63,391 bases of DNA, filler included, from Reticulomyxa filosa (GCA_000512085.1; 21 parts of 21 records of this genome joined end to end with filler, not necessarily neighbours in it); one strand, 5' to 3'. Shown: positions 1-11,546, counted from the whole stretch's first letter. A program made the numbers and translations. The notes: generated by a model not told the origin, from the letters alone.

Positions 1-37
<37 letters not shown>

Positions 38-38
38 G

Positions 39-76
<38 letters not shown>

Positions 77-368
77 AAATGAAATTGTATATACAAGATC
101 GCTAACTGCTGTCTTTTTTTCTTTGTTTTTAATTTTCTTCTTTTTTTTTTTACAGAATACCGGAGATGTAAGCTGGAAATAGAAGAATATACAACATATA
201 CATATATGTTTATGTATATGTGTTTATTCATATACATTTTTAATACATATGTTTATTTCATTGTGCGAAAGTAAAGTATCTTCGCAATGGGGAAAATATG
301 AACACAATTTTTTATTTTTGTTGTTTGTGTAATCGACTTTTTGCATACTGCAAATTCAAGCCATTAGA

Positions 369-1000
369 CACGGAAACACAAGTTCGGGAATGGAAGATGA
401 AATATCACAATGCCGTTAAGTACACTGATTACCACTCGGGGTTCAACGGTCTTGATTTCTCATCCCTGACTTTCCTACAGCCCTGAGATTACTCTTTTGT
501 TTTTTTCCTTTCGCGCAAAAAAGTAAAACTGTCTTTAAAAAAAGACTCAATGATTGCAACCTTTTTTTTTTTGTCTTGAATTACTTGGGAGAAAATAGTT
601 TAAAGAATCCGAACGCTTACGCCAAGAATTAGGCGAAAACAAACACGAATCGTTGCAGGGTAAGTTTGGAAGATGGAAATAGGGAAGGGAGAGGGAGAGA
701 AAGAATTCAGTTCTCAAACAAAAATATCGAATGTATGTGTACACTCAAACATAGAAAAAATTGAAGAATACAAAAAGTCACTGGATGACGAAAAAAGAAA
801 CTCGAGCGATTTGAAAAATCAACTGCAAAAGACCCAAAATAACTTAAAAAAGTGGCTGGAAACTGGCAACGACGATGTATTAAAACTCAAACAATACATT
901 ACCGAATTGGAGAAGAAATTAGACACACAAACGGAAAAGACCAATACCACCGAAAAACAACGACGTGAATCTCTTTCTTCAATGTCCAATCATATGATAA
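369..1000 (+). CDS. Internal exons of a coiled-coil protein (partial)
   Basis: GT-AG exons at about 369-415 (TETQVREWKMKYHNA), 599-659 (FKESERLRQELGENKHESLQ) and 755-1000 (KIEEYKKSLDDEKRNSSDLKNQLQKTQ...) join in phase. Sequence is E/K/Q-rich and heptad-like. Confidence 0.55.
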
Positions 1001-1100
1001 NNNNNNNNNNNNNNNNNNNNNNNNNNNNNNNNNNNNNNNNNNNNTTAATTAATTAANNNNNNNNNNNNNNNNNNNNNNNNNNNNNNNNNNNNNNNNNNNN
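1001..1100. other. Artificial contig-joining spacer (N44-TTAATTAATTAA-N44), first of 20
   Basis: Identical 100-nt spacers start at 1001, 2327, 7830, 11547, 18222, 20812, 25939, 28471, 32377, 35968, 37187, 38685, 40081, 41470, 42585, 48732, 50445, 51998, 56614 and 62279. TTAATTAATTAA puts stops in all six frames. Confidence 0.99.
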
Positions 1101-1199
1101 AAAAGGAAATATTCAAATCAAGAAAAACAAAGCTAGTGCAATAAAAATTCAAAAAAAATTATTAAATATTTAAATGTTAGATTGTTGTATTCTTTAAAT

Positions 1200-1790
1200 T
1201 ACTTAAGACATTTAGTTTGCACACCAAGTATGATATCGATTTTTCACCATTTGATAATCGTAAATATCTTTGTTTTGGACTAGATGAAAACATAGTTGTA
1301 CATAGGATTTAGATAATACTAGACAAACTCAAACATTTAATGGACATTCCAGTTATGTATACTGTGCAGAATGTTCACATTATTATTAATATAATTATTA
1401 TCAAACTGTATTTTGTTGTTCGTTATATGACGAAACAATTTAATTTTGGGATATCAAAAATAACAAATCATTTTTCATCGTTTAATGGTGTTTTGGGTCT
1501 GGTGACAATAATATTCCTTTATATGACGTTAAAACATCCAAATCATTACAAATTTTCAATTGACATATAAGTGGTGCTTGTTGTGTGATATTTCACAATT
1601 GCAAAGCAATAACAATAAAAGTAACAGTATTGTTAGTAATAGATGTATACTTTGTTAAATCAATGACTATAGTGTCCGTATATGATATTGAAAAGACAAC
1701 ACTATTTATTATTTTAAAGGCGATAATACGTAAAAATTTGTTTGCAGTTTATTGGATATCATTTTTTGAAAAATTAAAACTTTTTTGACA
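1200..1790 (+). pseudogene. Decayed WD40-repeat protein
   Basis: Fragments such as QTFNGHSSYVYCAECS and CCSLYDETI*FWDIKNNK match WD40 GH...WD repeats but carry stops and frameshifts. Confidence 0.65.
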
Positions 1791-2426
1791 AAGCATTTTG
1801 TGATTGCAAGTAAAGAAAAAAGTGTCGCTTTTTATTAATAAAACATCAAAGTATTTAAACATTTTAAAATTTTTAAACAATTTTTAATTAAATGTTTATC
1901 AAACTGTTTTTTGTTAAACAGAATAATCATTTCAAACATAACACAAGCAAAAAAATTTAAAAAAAAATAAGTAAGATATAAAACAAAATTAATTAAATAA
2001 ATAAGCTAAAAAAAAACATCAAAACACTAAAACAAAAAAAAATGTCAATAAACTTTATAAAAATATTCCAAAAAAATAATTAAGGAAAAATATGTTTCTC
2101 AAGGTATTTTATGAAAATGCTTAAAAAATAATTGGCAATTTCATGACTATTGTCAAATTTTTCTCGAAAATTTCAAAAAATCAAATAAACATTACAATTT
2201 TTTCAAAAAATTTCGAAAGATAAAATAAAAAACCAAAATCATATTTAAAAAAAACTTTTGATTTAATGTTATTTTTTCATTTAGAAAATTAATCATCCAC
2301 ATAAAGTGCCATTTTATGTGTCAACTNNNNNNNNNNNNNNNNNNNNNNNNNNNNNNNNNNNNNNNNNNNNTTAATTAATTAANNNNNNNNNNNNNNNNNN
2401 NNNNNNNNNNNNNNNNNNNNNNNNNN

Positions 2427-2593
2427 ATTTCCATTGGATCGTTGGCGACTTGTTTGCAAATCAAACAAATAAAGTCTTGAATGCCTTCCTGCTTGTTCAA
2501 TTGTAAAATCCAATTTTTGTCAAAGCAAGAGTGTTGTTCAGTAATTGATTTCAACTCCATTTTTGCATTATCTTTGCTTTTCTCTTCTTCCAT
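2427..2593 (-). CDS. N-terminus of a RING/TRAF-type zinc-finger protein (truncated by contig end)
   Basis: MEEEK...[34 protein letters not shown]: the first CxxC pair of a RING followed by P-M-E. Confidence 0.65.
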
Positions 2594-3639
2594 CTTACTC
2601 AGTTTCTTTCTTTTAGTCCTTAATTTCTTGATTAGATGATAGAGTAATTTATTCTGGAGTTTTGTTTTTTTTTGAGTTTTTTTTGGGAGTTTTTTTTGGA
2701 GTTTTTTTTTTTTGGAGTTTTTTGAACTATGGAAGTTTTGTTGTGGCCAACTATATTTTTTTGTTTTACAAAAATTACACCATTTGAAAAAAAATATTTT
2801 ATAAAGTTGTTTTCACTTTTAAAAATTAAAAAGATCGTATGTTTTAAATACTGAAATCATACAAGAAGAGATAAAACATTTATTGTTGAAGATGAAAGTA
2901 AAAACAAGCTTTATGTAATTTCATGTAAAAGATGAATAAGACATATTTGTCCTTATTCAAATAATTTTGTTTTCTTACTTGGTTATTCCCTACAAAAAGG
3001 GGAAAATTTTAGACTTTTAATTCAAAGTCCAATTGCAAAAAAAGGATTAAAAGAAAAAACTTGATGAGTAATTTCTTGTTTTTAATAATGAAACGAGATT
3101 GTTCGACCATTTAAGAACTGAAAAGGAAAAAAAAGAACTGAGTGATTTTTAGAAATGCATATCCAAGGTTATCTCGTGTACAAATGATAACGTCAAAAAG
3201 AGTTTAAATATTTTAGGCTATGCTAGGGAATTCAATGACATGAATTTTGTTGTTCATTATTTTTATCTTTTTCTTCATGAATGGTACTTTTTGAAGGTAT
3301 CCAAATTAATGTGTGTCTGACACTTCATCCAACAATTCTTTAAAAAGCAAGGAGAAATATACAATTCAAAGGATCTCTTGTTTAATGTGAATTTATTTTT
3401 AAAAAATTACTCAATACAATAAATGTGACAATAATCTTCAAAGTATTTTAACATATATTTAATTTATTTTCTCTCCTAGATTTAAATGCATTTTAATTTT
3501 TAAATATATTCATTTTCTTCTTTTGATTATGAGCATATATAATCAACATGTCAATCTAATTTAAATGATAAAGCAAAATCACAAGTAATGTAAAGTATTC
3601 AAAATAACTATTTAAAAGACTTTGACAATAATTAAATTT

Positions 3640-4200
3640 TTGAATGACAAAAAGCCATTGAAAAAAGAACATAAAAAATGAATCATCTTCATGATGTGGT
3701 ATGAAATGTTCAATCCGATGGAATGCAGTTATCATCAGACGGTTTAGAGAACCATTGACCAATGGTAGAATTCAAACAAGATAAATCAATGGATATAAAT
3801 ATTGTTTAATTAATGATAAAACATTATTTGAGAAAAGTAATCCCACATATACAACATATTCATGTGACTTTTTATATTTTTTTGAAGAACCTTTTGTTGT
3901 TAATACAAAATACCATTACAAAGTTAAACTCTTTTTTTGCAACAACAAGAAAAACTATTAAATCTTTGCTACAAAAAACCATTTGCTTTCTTTTAAAAAA
4001 TGAAAATCATAAATTTGTTAAATTATACATTATTTTAAAAAATATTACATATTTTGAAAAAAAGACACAACTTTCATCAAATGGTTCTAAAGTTATTTCA
4101 TATTTACATGACAAAATATTGGAGTACATAATGGAGTTATTAATTACATTCATTTTTCATGATAAGACAATTCAATTGTGGGATAGCTCTGTTTTCTATT
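3640..4200 (+). pseudogene. Decayed WD40 repeats
   Basis: TQLSSNGSKVISYLHDKI and IFHDKTIQLWDSS resemble WD40 consensus FSPDGSKIVSxSxDKTIRLWD; no continuous frame. Confidence 0.5.
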
Positions 4201-4419
4201 ATAATTTTGTCCTTTTCCAAAAATGTTGTATATTTTAACCCTGTTAATGTTGCAACAATACTCTTCGCAATGATCTCTACTTACAAATTGTCGCATCCCA
4301 AGATCTATGTTCAAAAAAATATTTTTGAAAACCACTTTCATTTGCCATTGAAAGAAAAAACTTCCATTTTACATCATCAAAAACGATCTTAAGCAAAAAA
4401 AAAAAATGACAATTCTTGA

Positions 4420-5900
4420 CAATGAAAAGCAAACTTTAGCACAACTAGCGTTGCTAAGCTTTCAGATAGTCTGTTGTCTTTTTTATTGTTTTACGGGCAA
4501 CAAAATCGACGACTAGAAGAACTCGATACAATTGCTTTGCTCAACGTTCACTCGTGACAGCAGTAGTATTTATGTCATGCTAAAAAACGACCGAGAAGGA
4601 TAGTATGCAAAACAGTGGATTGTCAAGCCAAGTTTTTGGAAAAGAAAGGCTTTGCTTGTTTGTCAAAGGTGCTGAAAAACGTTACATACAAAATAGATTC
4701 AAAATCTCTGGAGTCACACCAAACGGCCAACATTGATGCAGTGACGAAGGACATGCAGTAGCTGGCTATTACATAACTGTTGATGATGATCCGCTTGCTG
4801 TTCTTGAGCTCTATTGACTGCGTGTCTGTAATGGAAGCGGCAGTGGAACAAATGCAAGACGAGTCGTCCACGTCGACTAAAAAATAGGACAACAAAAGAG
4901 GAGGATTCGAAGAAAGATAATGCAAAAAAGAAAGCAAAGGATCACAAGCACGAAGAAGAAAAAGCCAAATATGAAAAAGTATCTGATATAACAACAGCAA
5001 TAGGACAAAAGGCAAACCAACCAATAACATAAGTATCAGCGAATGTGACAATAAAAACAAAGAACAAGATACAAATGCCTAATGCCAATGCCAATGCAAA
5101 TGAAGCAATGACAGATTGCAAACAACATTGTACGCCTTGACGAATTGACAGATATTACAGTTGCATCAGTTGATCCAAGGACTGCCCTCTAGATATGACT
5201 ACTCGCCCCGACCAAAGCACTTGATCCCACGCGTGGCTTTGTGGGACTCAAGAGCATAAGCTTGCACCTGCTTACGTGAACTAATTGTTGTAGCGGTTTT
5301 ATATGATACTTGCGCTTCCGCAACGCCGTCATTTGCGGTGGAAAGGAAAAGACCAAAGATCTATACAATAAACAAACTAATCCTATCTTGTATCAAGTCT
5401 TACAAATGTTTTCGTATCTCAAATTGTCCACAAAAAAAATTTTGCAAATCATATAAAAATAAAACAGTTTTGCATGTATATGTAATGTCTTTGTTTTTAT
5501 TTTTTATTTTTTTAAAAAAACAAATCAGTACAATCTAGTCAACGTCAGGATTTAACAAGATGTGCAGAAATTTTTCAATGTCTCGACAAGACAGTATCGA
5601 GAATGAACTCGCAACATGAAGACAAGTAAGCGGATGAAGGTGTGTATGCGTGACTGCAGCCACTCGAATGGTGAACAACGCTGATTGCCTTGAGCGAACT
5701 CACCAAATATTGTCCCTCTTTTTATTTCTTCAATATCTTCCGCGAATTTGCCATCTTGGGCCTTTAATGAACGTGTTTAGTGCGCAGACATCTGATGACT
5801 TGTAACTTGGCTTATGCAAAGGACACTTCCAACAAACAGTACCAGCAAATAAGCTAGCGAATGTATTCTCCCAAGTTTGATCATTGTGCAACTAATTTTG
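4420..5900 (+). pseudogene. Ubiquitin-specific protease (USP9/24/34-like, peptidase C19) pseudogene
   Basis: With frameshifts, 5235-5336 reads GFVGLKSI-ACTC-YVN*LL*RFYMILA-FRNAVIC (USP Cys box). It is followed by ILYQVLQMFSYLKLS and VNVRI*QDVQKFFNV (QQD box). Multiple stops; boundaries approximate. Confidence 0.75.
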
Positions 5901-6964
5901 TCATGGTTAAAGAATTTAGATGAAGCTATTGTCAAAGCACTAGGTGCATTTTATCCGCAAATAGAGTTGAGACAAAGTTGCAACTTCTCAAACGATGATA
6001 CCAAACTTAGTTGCTTTTCTATTTAAGACATGAAAAGACAGTTTTGTACTTTCATTATATACACTGATATATATAATGTATTTATATATACGTATTATTT
6101 TACCCAACTGTAAAGAAAAAAAAATTAAAGTGAATTTATATAATTGATAGATTTAATTGCACAATGACAAAAAAAATAAAATTCAGGCTTAATGATAGTA
6201 CATAAATCGCAAAAGCATAGTCATATCACTATACTTTAAACATAATATATTTAAACTCTTCCTTGAAAATAAAAAAATTATGGTATCATATTTCGTGTCT
6301 GTATGAATTTCTTCAACGACAAAATGAATAAAGATATAATAATAAGATTCTATCACATAGTCAAAGTTCTAGATTAAAAATAAACTAAAAGTACGTAACT
6401 GATTCATTGTAAACAAATATATAAAACTATGATTTAAAATAGTACAATTACAATTTAATTTTAGTGTGCTTGATGTTGATATTACGTATACCAAAAGTAT
6501 ATTAACAACAATTTGGTGAAGCGTTGCAAATTGTACAGGTAAAATTATGTTATATTCCATAAATTACAAAAGCTATTAAATCTGACATAAACATGCAAAG
6601 TCATTGAAATACTGCAAAAATACAATCAAAATCAGTTTACACGATCAATAAAAATTGGATACTAATTAAAATAAAAAAAACACGAAATACAAAAGTAATG
6701 ATAAACACCAAATTTAAAAAAAAAGTAAATGTGAAAAAAAAGAAAAATAAAAAATTTACCTATCATAATGGAAAAATTAAGCATTATGAAAAAACGCATT
6801 CTTATTGCTGAAAGATATTCTGAAATGGATTTTTTCTTGCATATTCGAATTTCCAACGAAATTACACTAGAAAATACTTTTTATTTTTAATGAATATGAA
6901 TAATAAATGAGCTTTTGAATGCAATACTGGGTGGATTAATCGAACAATAATGTGAAACTAAATG

Positions 6965-7200
6965 ATAAATGCTATTGCATCATTCAATTATTATGCATAT
7001 GTTTATATCAATAGGTCATCTTGTTCTTTGGTGGATATTAGTAGAGTTTAAGAAATATTGTTTCGAAATAAGTGTCTTCTTCACTCAATACTGCAACACA
7101 ATCAAATAAGGACTTGGTAAAGTGTCATCCATTTATTTTCTCAAATTGAATATTTATGCACATCATTGAATGATAAATATATGAGTATCAACAAATTTAA
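6965..7200 (+). pseudogene. Decayed Kelch-repeat fragment
   Basis: NAIASFNYYAYVYIN-VILFFGGY, with a frameshift, gives the Kelch hydrophobic-GG motif; downstream sequence is degenerate. Confidence 0.45.
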
Positions 7201-7970
7201 AAAACGGTGTCTACCGAATCTGTAATGAACTTCTATTTAATTTTTTAACCACGTATTTTTTTATCTCAAAGTAAGACATCAAAAAAGTTAAAATATTTTT
7301 TTAGAAAGCAAAGGCTGGCGTGAAGGATAAAGTACATTAAAGTGTCAACATTTTATACTTTTGATAGATTGGATATGAACAATGGAAAATATCTATTTTA
7401 TTTTCTTTTATTGTTCACCAAATTGCAACAAAATTATTGATACCTTTTTCTTGAATGTATTTATGGACTAATTGCATATTTGCAAAAAAGTAATTTTGAA
7501 CAAAGAATGGCTCTAAATTCAATGATCCAGTTTGGAAATAATTCTTAAACCATTGATGGGAATTGTTTGAAATGAGTTTCAAAAAAAAAATAATTCATGT
7601 TCAATTGTATGCTCTTATGCATTCAAATTACCCATTTCCTATAATTTTGAGTAAACTAGAAATTAATACCAAAAAATTCTTGTTAAACAAACTTTTTTTT
7701 GCTAGTAAAGAAGCAAAAATGCAAAGAAATTAGAAGTTTCATTTTACTCATATTCTCTTTGTATGTATAAATAATGGATGTGATCATAAGTTCAATAAGA
7801 CACAAAGTTTTGCTTGTAAATATTTTCTCNNNNNNNNNNNNNNNNNNNNNNNNNNNNNNNNNNNNNNNNNNNNTTAATTAATTAANNNNNNNNNNNNNNN
7901 NNNNNNNNNNNNNNNNNNNNNNNNNNNNNTTTGTTTGCTTTTCAGCTTGTTCCAACACTATATTGAGAAC

Positions 7971-9332
7971 ATGTCTCTGAATTCTACTGTTTTTGTAGAC
8001 TTGGTTGAAAGTGATGATGAAGTGATGGACCTCACAGTTGGTGTTTCTCGAGCCAACCTCACTGAGCATAAGGAAGAGAAGGACGAGAAGGAATTCAAGT
8101 CTGAAGTTCTGTCTTCAGCACCATCCCCACCGGTTCTTTCCAATGGTATGTCTTTTTGTTTATGATGTGTTTTACGTATACTAAAGTTTTTGTTGTTTGT
8201 GCAAAGGTTTCAGCGTTGATGTGGTGGACAATGTTCACGTCCCCGGCAATGGCATCGGAATGGTGGATGTCTTTGCCGACCGCTTGATGGAGGTGGAACC
8301 CGGCGAACCCTTCCGAATTATTGGAGACTCCACCGATTTTGCCCAACAATTACCAACTGGACAGGAAACCCGTGCGCTCATCGATTCGCGCCAAAGAATG
8401 GTGAGTCTGGTGGATAGAGCATTGCCCGATTGGATGCTGAAAGGATGCGTTTGAATAACATCGTGCAAGCGCTTCAATTGGGAGTATCGAACGTTTTGGA
8501 CACGAATTTGATTTTGATGAATAACTTTGGGGCGAGCGGCTGTTCGATCTGTTGCCAGGAGTATAATTTAGAAAATGTGATAGAAAGAATATTGAGCTGT
8601 GGGCACCATTTATGTGTTACTTGTTGGGATCGAGCAGTGCATGAAGGACGTTCTAATCGTTGTCCTCAATGCCGTGCTTCGCAAGTTTGTAATTGTGGCG
8701 CCGATTTATGTAATGAAATTCTAGGTTTCAGTGGAATGTACGGTTTTGTTCCTATTATCAACAATTGGGGCTTTGTCGACCGCGGCGATGACGATTATTC
8801 TGCAATTGATTGGTCAAGTTTCCCGTTGATTAGGTCGAGAGCAGAATTTGTTAGTAATGTGCAGGTGCGAGAGAATGCCAATGATTTTTTACGTCGTGCC
8901 AATGAACTTTTACAACGCCAACTAAATGCGATTGTCAATGCTCCCCAACCACAGCCTGATCATTTTTTTGAGGAGGTGAATGCATTACCTGAGCCTCCTG
9001 CTTTGCCTGCGATATTGGAGAGTGAGAGAACAAGATTAGTTGCTCTATCGAACGCGGAGCTGTCTCCGTCTGATGCCTCACCCTCAGCACCTGTTCGAGA
9101 CGATGTTTTGGAAGATGAGCACGGGGAGTTTATTGAATCCCGCTACGATGGTGTGAGGAATTACCTCCCCTCCCCAAACATTCTCCGAGAACAACCATCT
9201 GTCCCGAATGCTCCAATTAGAGCTAGGCTCCAGAGAAGAAGACTTGGAGACCTTATTGATGAAGCTGTCCAAGAAGATGAAGAGGAAAATGAGGAGAACC
9301 AACCTCCAAGACAGAGGAGAAGGGAGGAGTGA
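7971..9332 (+). CDS. C3HC4 RING-finger protein with N-terminal SUMO-interacting-like motifs (one intron, one apparent frameshift)
   Basis: Exon 1 is 7971-8145; phase-1 GT-AG intron 8146-8206; frame switch at about 8412-8420. RING: CSIC..CGHHLCVTC..CPQC. N-terminal VFVDLVESDDEVMDLT; basic C-terminus PPRQRRREE. Confidence 0.75.
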
Positions 9333-9423
9333 TTTTTGTTTGTTTTGACTTTGAAAAAAACTAAGTAATTATTTTTTGTTTTTAAAAAACTTGTGCAGCA
9401 TTTTCCAAAATTGATTTCATAAA

Positions 9424-9456
9424 ACTTCTGTAGCATTTCTGTAACACTTCTGTAAT
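9424..9456 (+). repeat. 3x 11-nt direct repeat (A[CT]TTCTGTA[GA][CT])
   Basis: acttctgtagc / atttctgtaac / acttctgtaat, with a fourth TTCTGTA core near 9479-9487. Confidence 0.8.
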
Positions 9457-9905
9457 TATTTTTGAAAAGAGTAAAGTTTTTCTGTAGACTGGTCTGCAAA
9501 AATCTCGGGATCATGACTCTGGAAAAATTGGAGTAAAAACTTTTTTTTTTTGATATAGGATTTCCAGAAACGCGGGCTCATGACTAAAAAAACTTTTTTT
9601 GGAGTAGAAATTGGAGAAGAAGGGGGAAAAAAAGAAAATTCTTTATTCTCTCGGAAAAATCTTTTATATGTGTTTAAACTTTTTGATTTTTTTTTAGCTT
9701 GATTATCATTCATTTTGCTAGAGAGGAACCAAATTCTGTATTTCCAAGTGTTTTCCGCAACCTTTTGAAATTTTAAAAAAAAATCTAGAGTTTTATTTTT
9801 TGAGTTCAGGACCGGGGTAAACTTTTTTCTAGTTCACTTTGTTGTCTCGTTTTGTTTTACCTTTTTTTTAAGTCTTGTCAGAACTATTACAAGTTCAAAG
9901 TTATT

Positions 9906-10562
9906 ATGTCTTCTGTTGTTACTGAGAGAGACATTTGTACCGTCTGTATGGAAGAGATCGAACCTTCCAAGATGAGTGTGACTCCCTGTGGTCACAAGTT
10001 TCACGTGGTGTGTTTGGGGAATGCTATTCACGCTGAGCTTCCTGGATCGGGGTTGTTGAGCTGGTCTTGCCCCAACTGCCGGTCTGAAGTGAAGTGTCGT
10101 TGTGGATGCTACAGGAGTATGTTTTTATTTTCTGGCCCCGAAGATAGTGAAGAAGAGAGTAGTGGTTTCCCGTCCGACTTCGATACGGACACTGTGGTGG
10201 AGTTTGTCTCCCACGGAACGGAGATGAAAGAGGAATCCAAGGCGGAGGTTGATGATAACCCCGAAACACTTTTATTAGGAACTGTGGCAAGTGAGATTAT
10301 TATTATCAGCGACGATGAAGAGAAAGAGGTGAAAATTAAAGAAGAAGAAGAAAATAATGATGCTGATGATGAAAATGAGGGCGAGAACGAAGACGAAGAA
10401 GAAGAAACAGAATCGGAGTCGGAGGAAACCATGTTAGATAAGGTCCTCCATGGAAGAGACCCGGAGGAGACTGGTCGGCAGTTGATGGAAGCACGCGCCA
10501 GATTTGTAAATGCCTTTATGAACAGGCGAAGAGAGCACGAACGAGATGAAGCTGTCCAATAA
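9906..10562 (+). CDS. RING-H2 (C3H2C3) protein with acidic tract and SIM-like motif
   Basis: CTVC..PCGHKFHVVC..WSCPNCR; IIIISDDEE; long D/E tract; ATG at 9906. Confidence 0.8.
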   Translation: MSSVVTERDICTVCMEEIEPSKMSVTPCGHKFHVVCLGNAIHAELPGSGLLSWSCPNCRSEVKCRCGCYRSMFLFSGPEDSEEESSGFPSDFDTDTVVEFVSHGTEMKEESKAEVDDNPETLLLGTVASEIIIISDDEEKEVKIKEEEENNDADDENEGENEDEEEETESESEETMLDKVLHGRDPEETGRQLMEARARFVNAFMNRRREHERDEAVQ

Positions 10563-10892
10563 AGGGAACCATCGCTAGAATTGGATGTTGGTGGTCCTGC
10601 CGTTGTGGAAAAAAAAGTTGAAGAAAAGATTCCTGTTGATTCTGGGCTTTCGATTTCGATTTTAGATGGTGCTCACGTTGAGTCGGAAGGGAGGTATACG
10701 TTCGAGATCGTCCACTCCTTTAGCGTGGAAAGCGGTTGGTGTTCGCATTGCAAGGTGCCCAAAGTCAAGTTCTTCGCACCACAAGGGGCCTTTTTCCTGT
10801 ATTCGTCGGCTTGTGTTCACGACTTGGCATTCTCGAACTCATCTCCCCGCAAAAGAAACAGGAGGGAAGCGGAGGAGACAGATGAAAAATAA
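10563..10892 (+). CDS. In-frame continuation of the RING-H2 ORF beyond TAA (CxxC...CxH, basic tail)
   Basis: Same frame as 9906-10562 and open right after the stop, with no ATG of its own. Contains WCSHCK, ACVH and SPRKRNRRE. Confidence 0.5.
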   Translation, partial: REPSLELDVGGPAVVEKKVEEKIPVDSGLSISILDGAHVESEGRYTFEIVHSFSVESGWCSHCKVPKVKFFAPQGAFFLYSSACVHDLAFSNSSPRKRNRREAEETDEK

Positions 10893-10978
10893 AAGCATCA
10901 AAGTTTGTGTTTTTTGTGTGACTTTGGTTGTAAAGAAAAAATCTTAAGTATTTCTTTTTTTGAACTTGTTGATATTTT

Positions 10979-11392
10979 CTAAAAGAGATTTGTTATTTCC
11001 TCAGTATCTTCATTTTCATCAGCATCTTCGGGTATATTCTTTTTGGATTTTCCTTTGGAATTTTCTTTGGGTATACGTTTTCTTTCAACTAGTTCTCTTT
11101 TGTCCTGCTTGTCACTTACAAGACTATCTAAATGTAGTTCTTCAACTCGTGGGGAAGGTATTCGTATTTGCTCCCATGAGGGTTTCTTAGCTTTTCCTTT
11201 GCTGTCTTTTTCTATTTTAGGGTTTTCTGGCTCTTTGTCTTTTTCTTCTATTTCACTATTCACATTGCCCTTATCATTTTGGATAGGAGGTAATGATAAT
11301 GTTTGATATTTATAGTGGAAAGGCAGATTTGCATAATCTGTTTTTCTATAGTTGTCAAACATTTCTTCAAACGCAGACGGCGATGCAAACAT
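10979..11392 (-). CDS. Hypothetical charged protein (137 aa, intronless)
   Basis: Complete ATG-to-stop ORF, K/E/D-rich; no family recognised. Confidence 0.6.
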   Translation of the reverse strand: MFASPSAFEEMFDNYRKTDYANLPFHYKYQTLSLPPIQNDKGNVNSEIEEKDKEPENPKIEKDSKGKAKKPSWEQIRIPSPRVEELHLDSLVSDKQDKRELVERKRIPKENSKGKSKKNIPEDADENEDTEEITNLF

Positions 11393-11442
11393 TTTTTTTT
11401 TTCTCGGCTATTCATTAATAAAAAGTGATAAAAAAAGAAAAA

Positions 11443-11546
11443 ATGACTACACGTAAGATTCAATACGGACCATCAGATCCTTTGCCTGATGAGTCGATCT
11501 ATAATACACTATTGTCTTTTAAGAAAGTAAAAGATGCTACAGTAGG
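11443..11546 (+). CDS. Hypothetical protein N-terminus (truncated)
   Basis: MTTRKIQYGPSDPLPDESIYNTLLSFKKVKDATV is open to the contig end; it starts 50 nt from the divergent ATG at 11392. Confidence 0.4.

Noticed and set aside
156-167. 12-nt micro-exon (TACAG|AATACCGGAGAT|GTAAG)
   Set aside because: Splice signals and phase are plausible but cannot be supported without transcripts.
4420-5900. Alternative genetic code (TAA/TAG as Gln) suggested by stops at Gln positions in the USP relic
   Set aside because: The relic also has frameshifts, and intact genes in the window end normally at TAA, TAG or TGA with no internal stops.
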